The notes under the pieces are model-generated. The model was not told where the DNA came from, ran no database searches, and saw nothing but the letters and a program-made list of their open reading frames with translations. Positions 35,883 to 45,360 of a stretch of DNA of 64,000 bases are shown here, one piece after another. Position numbers and translations under genes: made by a program. Position 1 is the first letter of the stretch. Each line of letters begins with the position of its first letter. The DNA comes from an uncultured Lachnospiraceae bacterium (lineage in GTDB: Bacteria > Bacillota > Clostridia > Lachnospirales > Lachnospiraceae): positions 21,951 to 85,950 of the forward strand of contig CANOKL010000012.1 in NCBI GenBank assembly GCA_947566645.1, given 5' to 3'.

Positions 35883-36615
35883 ATCCCCTGGGCGTTACCA
35901 TCCTGCCATTTACATTCTTCGTCTGACTGTTCCCGATAAATACTGTGGTAAACATATCTGTCTCTGCATCCTTTAGCTGCTCTAAGGTATAGAGGGAATA
36001 AGACTCCCCCTCCCTGCCGATGTTGCGGACCGTTCCGCAGACTGTTTCCGGCCTTTTCTCCTTAAGCAGAATCTCACAGGCCCTTCTTAAGTAATCGCTT
36101 CTCTTCCGGCTGGACGGATTATACAGGCAGATGCAGAAATCCGCCATGGCTGCGGCCTCAAGTCTCTTTTCAATCTTCTCCCAGGGTGTCAGAAGGTCGC
36201 TTAAGCTCACCACTGCGAAATCATGGATCAGCGGCGCGCCTAATACTGCTGCACCGCTTAATGCGGCAGTAATCCCCGGAACCACCACAACCTCTGTCCC
36301 CGGGTATTCCTCTGCCACCTCCAGAAGGAGGCCTGCCATTCCATAGACTCCGGCATCCCCGCTGCAGACCATTGCCACCTTTTTCCCTTTTTCTGCTTCT
36401 TCAAATGCCATCCGGCAGCGCAGAACCTCCTGTTTCATGGGAGTCGTGATATATTCCTTGTCCTGGAATTCCTTTCCCTTAAATTCCTTCTTTACCAGAT
36501 CCACGTACACAGTATATCCGATAATGACCTTGCAAAAGGACAATACCTCCTTTGCTTCCCCTGTGACCTGGCCGATCCTCCCGGGACCGATTCCTACTGC
36601 ATATACCCTATTCAT
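35869..36615 (-). CDS. cbiH: cobalt-factor III / precorrin-3B C17-methyltransferase
   Basis: The ORF track extends to 36717. The likely start is MNRVYAVGIGPGR (36615), overlapping the cbiF end by 8 nt. Confidence 0.85.
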   Translation of the reverse strand: MNRVYAVGIGPGRIGQVTGEAKEVLSFCKVIIGYTVYVDLVKKEFKGKEFQDKEYITTPMKQEVLRCRMAFEEAEKGKKVAMVCSGDAGVYGMAGLLLEVAEEYPGTEVVVVPGITAALSGAAVLGAPLIHDFAVVSLSDLLTPWEKIEKRLEAAAMADFCICLYNPSSRKRSDYLRRACEILLKEKRPETVCGTVRNIGREGESYSLYTLEQLKDAETDMFTTVFIGNSQTKNVNGRMVTPRGYGNE

Positions 36616-37381
36616 ATGTCTCCTCCACATGCTTCCCTGCCCTGAATTCTGTTGTAAATTCCGGATTATAAAGCTCTGACCGCTGGTAATCCCCCTCCAG
36701 GAAATGACCCACTGCAATAAGAGCCGTCTTCGTAATTCCCTCTTTTTCTGTCGTATCTGCTAATGTCTCTACCGTGCACCTGCATACCTTTTCATCCGGC
36801 CAGGTTGCCTTATACACAATTGCCGCCGGGGTATCCGGCGCATACCCGCCTGCCAGAAGCTCCCGGGTAAGCTCCTCTAAGAGTCCGGTACTTAAAAAGA
36901 TTACCATGGTAGCCTGATGGGCTGCAAAGCTGCGGATGCTCTCCCTCTCTGGTACAGGCGTTCTTCCTGCCATTCTGGTAATGACGACTGACTGGGAGAC
37001 GTCCGGAAGCGTATACTCTGCCTTAAGAGCAGCCGCTGCCCCGCAAAAGGAGCTCACTCCCGGGCAGATCTCATAAGGAATCCCCCTTTTTGCCAGCTCA
37101 TCCATCTGCTCCCTGACTGCCCCGTAGATACTCGGATCTCCGGTATGCAGACGCACCACCTGTTTTCCCTCCCTGTGAGCGGCTTCCATCACCTCTATGA
37201 CCTCCTCGAGTGTCATATAAGCGCTGTTATGAACCTCACAGCTCTCTTTCCTGCCATCCAGAATCCCGGGATTCACCAGTGATCCTGCATAGACAATCAC
37301 ATCTGCCTCTTCCAGAAGCCTCTGTCCCCGCACAGTAATCAGGTCCACTGCGCCTGATCCTGCTCCTACAAAATTAACCAT
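36608..37381 (-). CDS. cbiF: cobalt-precorrin-4 C11-methyltransferase
   Basis: ORF track 257 aa. MVNFVGAGSGAVDLITVRG. Confidence 0.9.
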   Translation of the reverse strand: MVNFVGAGSGAVDLITVRGQRLLEEADVIVYAGSLVNPGILDGRKESCEVHNSAYMTLEEVIEVMEAAHREGKQVVRLHTGDPSIYGAVREQMDELAKRGIPYEICPGVSSFCGAAAALKAEYTLPDVSQSVVITRMAGRTPVPERESIRSFAAHQATMVIFLSTGLLEELTRELLAGGYAPDTPAAIVYKATWPDEKVCRCTVETLADTTEKEGITKTALIAVGHFLEGDYQRSELYNPEFTTEFRAGKHVEETYE

Positions 37382-38534
37382 AGATTTCTCTCCTTATCTC
37401 CTCTGCATACTCCGTAGCCCCCAGAATGCCATATTCCGGCGAAAACATAACGGCTCCCGTCCTTAAGCCGTCTCCGGCGCGCCGGGCCAGGTGTTCTGCG
37501 ATCTTTTCCATCACCGTATCCATAACCTGCCGCTTAAGCCCCTGCTGCTTAAGTAATTCCAGTGCCTCCGCAGTCGTTACACTGTTCATAATCCCGCATA
37601 CAGTCTCTTTTCCGGCTCCGGCCATGGCCGCATGGGCTGCCAGTACCTCAAACCGGCAGTCCGCCTGCCTCGAATGGGTATTCATGACTCCGGCTGCCAG
37701 CTTAACCAGTTTCCCCACATGACCAGTCAGAAGAATCCCCTTCATCTTTAGCCGTACCGCAATGTCAATGGTCTCTCCGATATAATTGCTGCACTTTACA
37801 CTGGCTCCGCCGTCATATCCTAAAGTCTCACTTAAAAAATCACTGCCATAATTTCCGGGGACAACATAACAGAACTCGTGTCCCTGTTCTTTCAGCATCT
37901 TCATCTCCGCATAAATCGTATCAATCAGCGCCTGCTCACTCATAGGCTCCACGATTCCGGTGGTTCCAAGCACCGAGAGGCCTCCCTCTATCCCAAGTCT
38001 TGGATTGAAGGTTCTAACCGCAAGCGCTGCCCCTTCTGGAATAAATACCGTGATCCGGATTCCTCCCTCATATCCATACAAGGCACAGACATCCTCCGCC
38101 GCCTCACGGATCATTCTCCTTGGAACCTGGTTGATGGCGGGCTCCCCCACCTCCTGCTCAAGTCCCTTTCTCGTAACAATACCAATTCCTTCCCCGCCTT
38201 TAAGCTCTATGCCCTTCTCTTTTTTCTTTTCTGCCTTTACATACACATAGATCCCATTGGTCACATCCGGGTCATCTCCACTATCCTTGCGGATTGCACA
38301 GACCACCTCCTCCGGGGTTCTTCTGATCTTTTCTATATCAAGGTAAAGCGTAATTCCTTTCGGGGTCTTAAGCTGTACCTGGGAAACGCTCTTTTTGCCA
38401 AGAAGCATCCATACAGCCGCCTTTGCCGCACCTGCCGCACAGCTCCCTGTCGTATATCCTGTCCGCAGCTTTTTCTGATTCTTCCATACATATCTGCTAT
38501 TCTCATTTTCCATCATGTATCCTGTACCACTCAC
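37374..38534 (-). CDS. cbiD: cobalt-precorrin-5B C1-methyltransferase
   Basis: ORF track 386 aa. LRTGYTTGSCAAGAAKAA. The start may be one of the internal Mets at residues 7-8. Confidence 0.9.
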   Translation of the reverse strand: MSGTGYMMENENSRYVWKNQKKLRTGYTTGSCAAGAAKAAVWMLLGKKSVSQVQLKTPKGITLYLDIEKIRRTPEEVVCAIRKDSGDDPDVTNGIYVYVKAEKKKEKGIELKGGEGIGIVTRKGLEQEVGEPAINQVPRRMIREAAEDVCALYGYEGGIRITVFIPEGAALAVRTFNPRLGIEGGLSVLGTTGIVEPMSEQALIDTIYAEMKMLKEQGHEFCYVVPGNYGSDFLSETLGYDGGASVKCSNYIGETIDIAVRLKMKGILLTGHVGKLVKLAAGVMNTHSRQADCRFEVLAAHAAMAGAGKETVCGIMNSVTTAEALELLKQQGLKRQVMDTVMEKIAEHLARRAGDGLRTGAVMFSPEYGILGATEYAEEIRREIYG

Positions 38535-38570
38535 CTTCCCCGCCGTTATTCCTGACCCTGCAGCCGCATT

Positions 38571-39686
38571 TTACCGCTGCGGGACATGTACACAGGCAAT
38601 CTCTTCCCTGCTCCTTACTTCCTCCAGCAGTTCCTTAAGCCTCCGGTTGCAGCCTCCCCATGGAATGTCCGTATAGATCACCCTCCTGCATCTGAGAAAT
38701 GCCTCTTTTGCTTCTTCATATACCGGATCACTGATATCCTGGAACGGCTCCTCGGCAATCACCCGGCTGGCAAGCCGTCCTGCCAGATGATAATCCACGT
38801 CATTCCGGTACAGGATGCCTGCAAGGAAGGGGATACCCTCCTTTTGCAGACGCCGGTACACCGGGATTCCCCTGCCTCCGGCAGAAATAACCGCTGTCCG
38901 GGGCTCTCCCTCCTGCCTTGGAAGCTCGATGCTTCCAAAGACCGGGTCAAAGCTTCCTTTTTCGAGACCATACAGCTCCCGGATGAATTCCTCCTTAAGA
39001 ATCTCCTCCGGTGTGCCGCAGTCATACACACACCCCTCCTTCACCGGGATTACCAGATCTGACACCTTTCCTGCAAGGTCAATCTCATGCAGGGACATAA
39101 TGACCGTGATATTCTGTTCCTTCGCCATCTGGCGCAGGATCTCCAGAAGCTCCAGCTTATATTTAATATCAAGAAAGGATGTGGGCTCATCCAGCACCAG
39201 GATCTCCGGCTCCTGGCAGATTGCCCGGGCCAGAAGGATTCTCTGCTTCTGGCCGTCGCTTAAGGAGGTAAACAGACGGCACCCAAGCTCTCTGGCCTGT
39301 ACAAGCTCCATGGCCTGATCTACCTTCTCCTCATCCTCCCGGCTCAGGATTCCAAGCCTTCCGGTATAGGGATATCTGCCGGTGGCCACAATATCATGGC
39401 CTGTCATTAACTCCGGCCTTACCCGGTCTGTCAGCACCACTGCCATCTTCTTTGCCAGCTCCTGGTAAGTGGTATCTGACAGATCCTTTTCCCCCACAGC
39501 CACTCTTCCCTCTATAATACGAAGCTGCCTGGTAATACTTCTCAGAATCGTAGATTTTCCGGCGCCGTTTGGTCCCACCAGGGTGAGAATCTCTCCCTTT
39601 TTCAGGCTGATATTCACATGTTCAAGTATTGCCCTGCCGTGATATCCTACTCCCAGATCCTCTGTCTTAAAATAATAATCTGCCAT
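38571..39686 (-). CDS. FecE/BtuD-type ABC importer ATP-binding protein with about 125-aa C-terminal extension
   Basis: The ORF track gives 378 aa. The likely start is MADYYF (39686), next to the permease stop. GPNGAGKST, LSDGQKQR, ILVLDEP. Residues after about 250 have no ABC counterpart. Confidence 0.8.
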   Translation of the reverse strand: MADYYFKTEDLGVGYHGRAILEHVNISLKKGEILTLVGPNGAGKSTILRSITRQLRIIEGRVAVGEKDLSDTTYQELAKKMAVVLTDRVRPELMTGHDIVATGRYPYTGRLGILSREDEEKVDQAMELVQARELGCRLFTSLSDGQKQRILLARAICQEPEILVLDEPTSFLDIKYKLELLEILRQMAKEQNITVIMSLHEIDLAGKVSDLVIPVKEGCVYDCGTPEEILKEEFIRELYGLEKGSFDPVFGSIELPRQEGEPRTAVISAGGRGIPVYRRLQKEGIPFLAGILYRNDVDYHLAGRLASRVIAEEPFQDISDPVYEEAKEAFLRCRRVIYTDIPWGGCNRRLKELLEEVRSREEIACVHVPQR

Positions 39687-39687
39687 C

Positions 39688-40731
39688 TTACCTCTTCTCC
39701 TTTTCACGGTGAACCAGCATCCAGATCACCACTGGTGCTCCAAGAACCGAAGTCACGGTACTGATATTTAATTCCAGCGGTGCAAATGCCATTCTGGCGA
39801 TCAGGTCACTGAACATACAGAACACTGCACCTCCAAGAAAGGAAGCCGGAATTACAATCAGAGGCCTGGAGGTCCGAAGCGCCAGCTTCGTAAGCTGCGG
39901 AACCGCGATTCCCACAAAAGAAATTGGACCTGCAAATGCTGTTACACAGGCGGAAAATACGCTGGAAAGCAGAATCAGAAAAACCCGGAACACCCTGATA
40001 TTCACCCCCATGCTTCTGGCATACGCCTCTCCCATCTGATACGCCCCAATGGGTTTGGACATCAGAAAGGTACAGAGAAACGTAACTGAGATCATCACCG
40101 CACTAACCCTTACATTGCCCCAGCTCATCCCGGAAAAGCTGCCAAGAGACCATCCCCGCAGATTCACAATATCCGAATCCTCAGCAAAGGTAATGACAAA
40201 GTCCGTCACTGCCGAACAGATGTAGGAGATCATGATCCCGGCAACCAGAAGCGCTGACATATTCTGAAGCCTCTTCGATACCAGGAGCACAAAGCCAACC
40301 GAGATCAGGGAGCCTGCAAACGCAGCCCCTACCAGTGCATAGGAGGACATGCTCCCCATGCTGCCCAGACAGAAGACCATCAGAAGAGCCACCACCATCT
40401 TGGCTCCTGATGAGATCCCAAGGATAAAAGGGCCTGCAATGGGATTATTAAAAAAGATCTGAAGCAGAAAGCCTGAAAGAGACAGGGCTCCTCCCAGAAT
40501 TGCCGCCATCAGCATCCGGGGCAGCCGGATCTGCCAGATAATATGATATTCTGTTTCTCCTGTCTGTCCGGCAAGCAGAATCCTCAGAATCTCTGCCGCG
40601 CTGATCCTGACAGTTCCCGTATTGATATTAACCATTGTCATGATAAGAAGAGCCAGGATCAGACCCAGGAAAACTGCCCCATACCGGCTCCGCCTCTTAA
40701 AATTCTCATAGTGAAAGCTGCTTTCTCTCAT
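39688..40731 (-). CDS. FecCD/BtuC-type ABC importer permease
   Basis: ORF track 347 aa, about 9-10 TM. RLPRMLMAAILGGALSLSG motif. Confidence 0.85.
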   Translation of the reverse strand: MRESSFHYENFKRRSRYGAVFLGLILALLIMTMVNINTGTVRISAAEILRILLAGQTGETEYHIIWQIRLPRMLMAAILGGALSLSGFLLQIFFNNPIAGPFILGISSGAKMVVALLMVFCLGSMGSMSSYALVGAAFAGSLISVGFVLLVSKRLQNMSALLVAGIMISYICSAVTDFVITFAEDSDIVNLRGWSLGSFSGMSWGNVRVSAVMISVTFLCTFLMSKPIGAYQMGEAYARSMGVNIRVFRVFLILLSSVFSACVTAFAGPISFVGIAVPQLTKLALRTSRPLIVIPASFLGGAVFCMFSDLIARMAFAPLELNISTVTSVLGAPVVIWMLVHREKEKR

Positions 40732-41921
40732 TTCTCCACCCTGTATAAAAATGCCATATCCTCTTCCTTACCATCCGTCAGCATAAGATGAATATCCGAG
40801 ATCATCCTGGAAGCAAGATCCGCTGCCTGGTAAAAGTCCTTATCCGTGCAGAAGACATTGCCCTCCTTCACTGCCTTCATATTCTTAAGGATCTCATCCT
40901 TTGCAGTCAGTTCCCCGATAGAAGTAAGCTTCTTGTCAATGGAAGCATTGTATATGATATAGTCTGCATCCGCACAAGTCGTATAGAATTCTTCCATGGT
41001 AATCACCATAGTACTCTTTTTTCCGTCTCCGAGCTGGCTGAAAGGATACCTGCCCCCTGCAATCTCAATCATCTTCGCAATATAGTCTGTTCCGGTCCTG
41101 ACCACTGCCTGTCCGTTAGAATTAATGTAAAAATACGCTACCGTCTGTTCCGTGTTCCGGAGTCCTTCAAGCTCGTCCATCACCTTCGTCTGCTCCTGGA
41201 AAAAAGCTTCCGCTTCCTCCTCCTTATCAAGCAGGACGCCATAGACCAGAATCCACTCCACCCTGCCAAGGGGATGCTCCTCATTACTGGAGCAGTCGAT
41301 CAGTACCGGCACTCCCATCATCTCAAGCTGCTCCATCACCTTCGGTGAATGAAGGATCATCTGGGATTCCACCGCCAGAGAACAGCCCTCATCCACAAGC
41401 ATCTCATAATCCGGCTCGCTGTATTTTCCTGCAAACTGGATCTTGCCTGCCTCCATGGCTTCCCTGGCTGCCTCCACATACCAGTCTTCTGCTTTCAGGC
41501 TGCTGAATCCTACCTGGTCCAGTCCGCCAAGAGCATTGAACATGGACATGGTGGCAGTCCCTGCAACATAGACCCGGTCCAGGGGTCTCTTAAGAACCAC
41601 CATTCCTTCCGGCAGACTGTCCGGAACCTCTTTTCCCTGCGGAACGACCAGATAGGATGCACTTCCCTTAACGTCAATGACCCGGAATCCTTCCTTATAA
41701 TAATAGATACGGAAACCGTCTGCGTATTCAGGTTCAAACCGGGACGCAGGCGTCAGTTCCCCCAGCTCTTCCCCGTCAAATCCAAAGCTTCCCTCTTCTT
41801 CCGGTTCCAGCCCTTCTCCCTGCTGCCCGCTGCAGCCCGTGGCTGCAAAAACCAGAGTCAGCATCCATATTGCCAGGACAACAGGAAAAAAAATATTCCT
41901 CCAGCCTTTTTGCTTCATCAT
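40728..41921 (-). CDS. BtuF/FhuD-type (cluster A) substrate-binding lipoprotein
   Basis: The ORF track extends to 41993. The likely start is MMKQKGWRNIFF (41921). Lipobox FAATGCSG; PBP fold pattern VVLKRPLDRVYVAGT. Confidence 0.8.
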   Translation of the reverse strand: MMKQKGWRNIFFPVVLAIWMLTLVFAATGCSGQQGEGLEPEEEGSFGFDGEELGELTPASRFEPEYADGFRIYYYKEGFRVIDVKGSASYLVVPQGKEVPDSLPEGMVVLKRPLDRVYVAGTATMSMFNALGGLDQVGFSSLKAEDWYVEAAREAMEAGKIQFAGKYSEPDYEMLVDEGCSLAVESQMILHSPKVMEQLEMMGVPVLIDCSSNEEHPLGRVEWILVYGVLLDKEEEAEAFFQEQTKVMDELEGLRNTEQTVAYFYINSNGQAVVRTGTDYIAKMIEIAGGRYPFSQLGDGKKSTMVITMEEFYTTCADADYIIYNASIDKKLTSIGELTAKDEILKNMKAVKEGNVFCTDKDFYQAADLASRMISDIHLMLTDGKEEDMAFLYRVEK

Positions 41922-41993
41922 GTTATCATCCCTTTTCATCTGTGATTGTAGCTGCCTGGTACAATCATTACGCAAGGCTGTACCAGTCCCCAT

Positions 41994-42536
41994 TTATGGC
42001 TTACTGTCTGACGGCACCGGAGATGTAACACGGACCTTATGGTCATACCATGTCCCCTTTTTCCCGATGAGCGCCAGGTCAAATTCCTCTCCGATTGCCG
42101 GAACCGGTATATCGAATCCATAAACTACTTCGGTTAAGCCGTCACTGTATGTAACCGTATCTTCAGTCGGAAGGAGCAGTCCGTCCTCTGCCTTCCCGGC
42201 ATCCTCTGCAGAGCCGCAGTAAAGCTTTACAATATTCTTAGAAGCCAGGGAGACATGGATCGTCATGTTTCCTTTCTCTACTGTCAGCGTCCCTTTCCCG
42301 TCACATGCCTCGCTTACATGGAACATACTGCTGTCCGTCTTGAATTCTGCCGTATAGACTCCGTCAGCCAGTTCAATCACTACGTCTAAATTCTCATCAT
42401 CCAAAGCTTCCGGCTCCTCTTCTGGCACTGCCAGAGCCCCGGAAGGCTCCTGATCCTGTGTACTGCCCTTTTCTGCACATCCTGCCAGGACTGCAGCCAT
42501 CAGCACAATGAAAAAAATCGCACATCCTTTTCGCAT
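41994..42536 (-). CDS. small lipoprotein of unknown function (distant paralog of 46879-47469)
   Basis: ORF track 180 aa. Lipobox VLAGCAEK, acidic linker, then DGVYTAEFKTDS...GTLTVEKGNMTIHV. Confidence 0.55.
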   Translation of the reverse strand: MRKGCAIFFIVLMAAVLAGCAEKGSTQDQEPSGALAVPEEEPEALDDENLDVVIELADGVYTAEFKTDSSMFHVSEACDGKGTLTVEKGNMTIHVSLASKNIVKLYCGSAEDAGKAEDGLLLPTEDTVTYSDGLTEVVYGFDIPVPAIGEEFDLALIGKKGTWYDHKVRVTSPVPSDSKP

Positions 42537-42579
42537 TTTCCGTCACTTCCCTTTTTGCACTCTTGAATCACTTTCTTAC

Positions 42580-42604
42580 GGTCTGTGCAGCAGATGCACA
42601 GACC
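42580..42604 (-). other. perfect 10-bp hairpin after the CbiK-like gene (no U-tract)
   Basis: GGTCTGTGCA-GCAGA-TGCACAGACC, located 18 nt downstream of the stop at 42623. Confidence 0.3.
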
Positions 42605-42622
42605 TGCTGAATAGTTACCCTG

Positions 42623-43825
42623 TTAGTCCATGACTGCCTTTATGTGTTCCACATAGAGCTTCTGAATGTCAGCAATAGAGCCGAGACCAGAGATCTGCGC
42701 ATCCACACTGTCAAATTTCCCGGAAGCCCTGAATACACTGATCCAGGAGTCCTCATCCTCTCCTGCCATATCATTATTCGCATGGTCGCCTGCCACTACC
42801 ATCAGAGGTCGTAAGATCACCTTCTTATAACCAGCCTGTGCCACTGCTTCCATGACCGCTTCGCAGGAGGTTTCCTCTGGTTCTCCCTCTACGGTGCCGA
42901 TGAATACATTGTCATATCCCAGTTCACCCATCTGGGTCTGCATCTGGCTGTAGGATACCTTTGCAGTATGGGAGGTGCCATGTCCCAGGAATACAAATGC
43001 AGTCTGGTCCTCCTTTGCCGCGTCCAGGCTGCCAAAGCCTGCTTCTTTTACTGCTTCTGCGGTAAGTGCCTTTGCAACTGCCTCTTTATCGGCATTGATC
43101 ACCGCTGCATCCGTACCCACGTCGCCCAGGAGAGGCTCCGCCACCTTCACTGTCCCGAACTGATCCGCATATGCCGAAACTGTCTCCATCATCTCATCAT
43201 ATTCCGCACCGTGCATCAGATGCGTTGGCTGCACAACCAGATTCTTTACTTTATTTGCCACCGCACGTTCCAGCGCCTGCTGCATGTTATCAATGGCCTC
43301 GCCGTCCCGCGCCTGCACATGATTAATAATAATCTGCGACGTGAACGCCCTTCTAACAGACCAGTCCGGATATGCCGCCTGTATGGCGTCCTCAATTCCC
43401 TTAATGTCATCCACACGGCTGCTGTTAAAGGAAGTACCGAAGCTGACTGCCAGAATCTCATTTTCCCCGATCTCATCCTGATTGCGGGGATCATCCTTTG
43501 AAGCATCCCCGGTATCCCTGCCAAAATAATCCGGATCTGCATTCTTGCCTGAAACCTGTTCCTTCTCTTCCTCTGTCAGGGCATCCCATGCTTCCTTTGC
43601 CTTCGCACACTGCTCATCCGTCTGGTCTGTCCTCTCCTGCACATAGATTGCGTCAATTAACGCGGCTGCCTCTCCCACTGCATCCAGCTCCTTTCCCGTG
43701 TTCGTATCCGTTTCCTTCTCTGTGGGTGTTGTATCTTTCTCTGCATCTCCTCCCGAACAGCCTGTCAGTACCATCGAACACGCCATAACCCCTGTCAATA
43801 ATGCTGCTGTCAATCTTGCCTTCAT
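42623..43825 (-). CDS. cbiK: CbiK-type sirohydrochlorin cobaltochelatase homolog with lipoprotein signal and about 110-aa acidic N-terminal linker
   Basis: ORF track 400 aa. MKARLTAALLTGVMACSMVLTGCSGG lipobox. The chelatase core starts at ILAVSFGTS. The catalytic-His regions are kept: VQPTHLMHGAEY, FLGHGTSH, MVVAGDHANNDMAG. Confidence 0.75.
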   Translation of the reverse strand: MKARLTAALLTGVMACSMVLTGCSGGDAEKDTTPTEKETDTNTGKELDAVGEAAALIDAIYVQERTDQTDEQCAKAKEAWDALTEEEKEQVSGKNADPDYFGRDTGDASKDDPRNQDEIGENEILAVSFGTSFNSSRVDDIKGIEDAIQAAYPDWSVRRAFTSQIIINHVQARDGEAIDNMQQALERAVANKVKNLVVQPTHLMHGAEYDEMMETVSAYADQFGTVKVAEPLLGDVGTDAAVINADKEAVAKALTAEAVKEAGFGSLDAAKEDQTAFVFLGHGTSHTAKVSYSQMQTQMGELGYDNVFIGTVEGEPEETSCEAVMEAVAQAGYKKVILRPLMVVAGDHANNDMAGEDEDSWISVFRASGKFDSVDAQISGLGSIADIQKLYVEHIKAVMD

Positions 43826-45360
43826 CTTTTCTTCCCCTTTTCTTCTCTGTGATATTTAGTTATACAGTACTGTACCAGCTCTTCCAGTGTGGCATTACGG
43901 GCAGTCACAGTCTGCATCCCGGCTCTTTCTGCCGTCTGTGCAGTCTTCCTGCCGATGCATACTGCCCTCACCTTTTCATAAGGGTATGCACCCAGAAGCC
44001 TGCAGAATCCCTCCACTGTGGAACTGCTGGTGAAGATCACCTTCGTGACGCCGCCGTCTTCCATGAAGGAGCGAAGACGCTCTCCCATCTCTTCCTCAAA
44101 CTGCGTATTATAGACCGCCAGGTCTGTGTAAGTCAGGGACTGGTTCTTAGCGATCTCCTGTAAGATCTCCGGGGCTCCGATGGAGGATCTTGCAAGCAGA
44201 ATTCCCGCCCCGTCCTCCAGGGTCTCACAAAGCAGCCGTCCAAGGGAGGCACCGTCATACTGCTCTGGCATATAATCTGCCCGGATCCCTTTTTCCTTAA
44301 GAGCATCCGCCGTCCCCTGTCCGATCACGGCGAATCTCATATGTGACACATCCCTGGCATCCATTCCTTCCTCCAGAAGAATCTCGAAAAACCGCTCCAC
44401 TCCATAAGGAGACGTGAATGCCAGCACCTGATATTCCTTAAGTCTCTCAAGCTCTGCCCGGATCCTCTCAAGGTTCTCCTTCTCAGTAACCGGGACCGTC
44501 CGGATCACCGGGACTGACAGAACCTCTGCCCCTAATTCCTTTAAGTAATTCTGCAGCTTCATACCTCGTCCGGCAGGACGTGTTACCACAATCCTTTCCC
44601 CTGATAAGGGAAGATCCTTGTACCAGGAGAATTGATCCGCAAGAGCGCAGACCTCTCCCACAACGATAATGGCAGGGGTTCCGATTCTTTGCTTCCTTGC
44701 TTCTTCCGCCAGAGTCTTCACAGTTGCCGCAATCCGTCTCTGCTCTGCCGTTGTTCCCTTTTCCAGAATAGCCGCAGGCATATCCTCCCTCATTCCTGCA
44801 CCCAGAAGACCCTCCATGATCCCCTCCAGTGCAGCCACACCCATAAGAAATACCAGTGTCCCCTTCGTCCGGACAAGGGCTTCATAATCAATCTCTTCAC
44901 TTTTTCCGGCTTTGTGATGCCCTGTGATAATATGTACACCAGACACATAGTCCCTGTGCGTAACCGGAATCCCCTGATAAGCCGGAACTGCAAAGGCAGA
45001 AGAGATCCCCGGCACCACCTCAAACGGAATTCCTTCCTTATTAAGAGCCTCTAATTCCTCTCCTCCTCTTCCGAACAAAAAGGGATCCCCACCCTTCAGG
45101 CGGATTACCTTTTTGCCAAGCTTTGCCTCCCTGACCAGTATCTGATTGATCTCCCACTGGGGCACCGGGTGATTTCCAGATGTTTTTCCCACATCAATCA
45201 TCTCACGGTCTGGCGGAATCATGGCAAGTATCTCCCTGCCCACAAGCCTGTCATATACAATACAGTCCCCGGTTTCTAACAGCCGGCACGCTTTTACGGT
45301 TAATAGCTCTGCCGGACCAGGACCTGCGCCTACTAGCCATACTTTTCCTGCCTGCTTCAT
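43822..45360 (-). CDS. cobA-hemD: uroporphyrinogen-III C-methyltransferase fused to uroporphyrinogen-III synthase
   Basis: ORF track 512 aa. N-terminal VWLVGAGPGPAELLTVKA (SUMT); a C-terminal HemD-like half of about 250 aa. Confidence 0.85.
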   Translation of the reverse strand: MKQAGKVWLVGAGPGPAELLTVKACRLLETGDCIVYDRLVGREILAMIPPDREMIDVGKTSGNHPVPQWEINQILVREAKLGKKVIRLKGGDPFLFGRGGEELEALNKEGIPFEVVPGISSAFAVPAYQGIPVTHRDYVSGVHIITGHHKAGKSEEIDYEALVRTKGTLVFLMGVAALEGIMEGLLGAGMREDMPAAILEKGTTAEQRRIAATVKTLAEEARKQRIGTPAIIVVGEVCALADQFSWYKDLPLSGERIVVTRPAGRGMKLQNYLKELGAEVLSVPVIRTVPVTEKENLERIRAELERLKEYQVLAFTSPYGVERFFEILLEEGMDARDVSHMRFAVIGQGTADALKEKGIRADYMPEQYDGASLGRLLCETLEDGAGILLARSSIGAPEILQEIAKNQSLTYTDLAVYNTQFEEEMGERLRSFMEDGGVTKVIFTSSSTVEGFCRLLGAYPYEKVRAVCIGRKTAQTAERAGMQTVTARNATLEELVQYCITKYHREEKGKKR

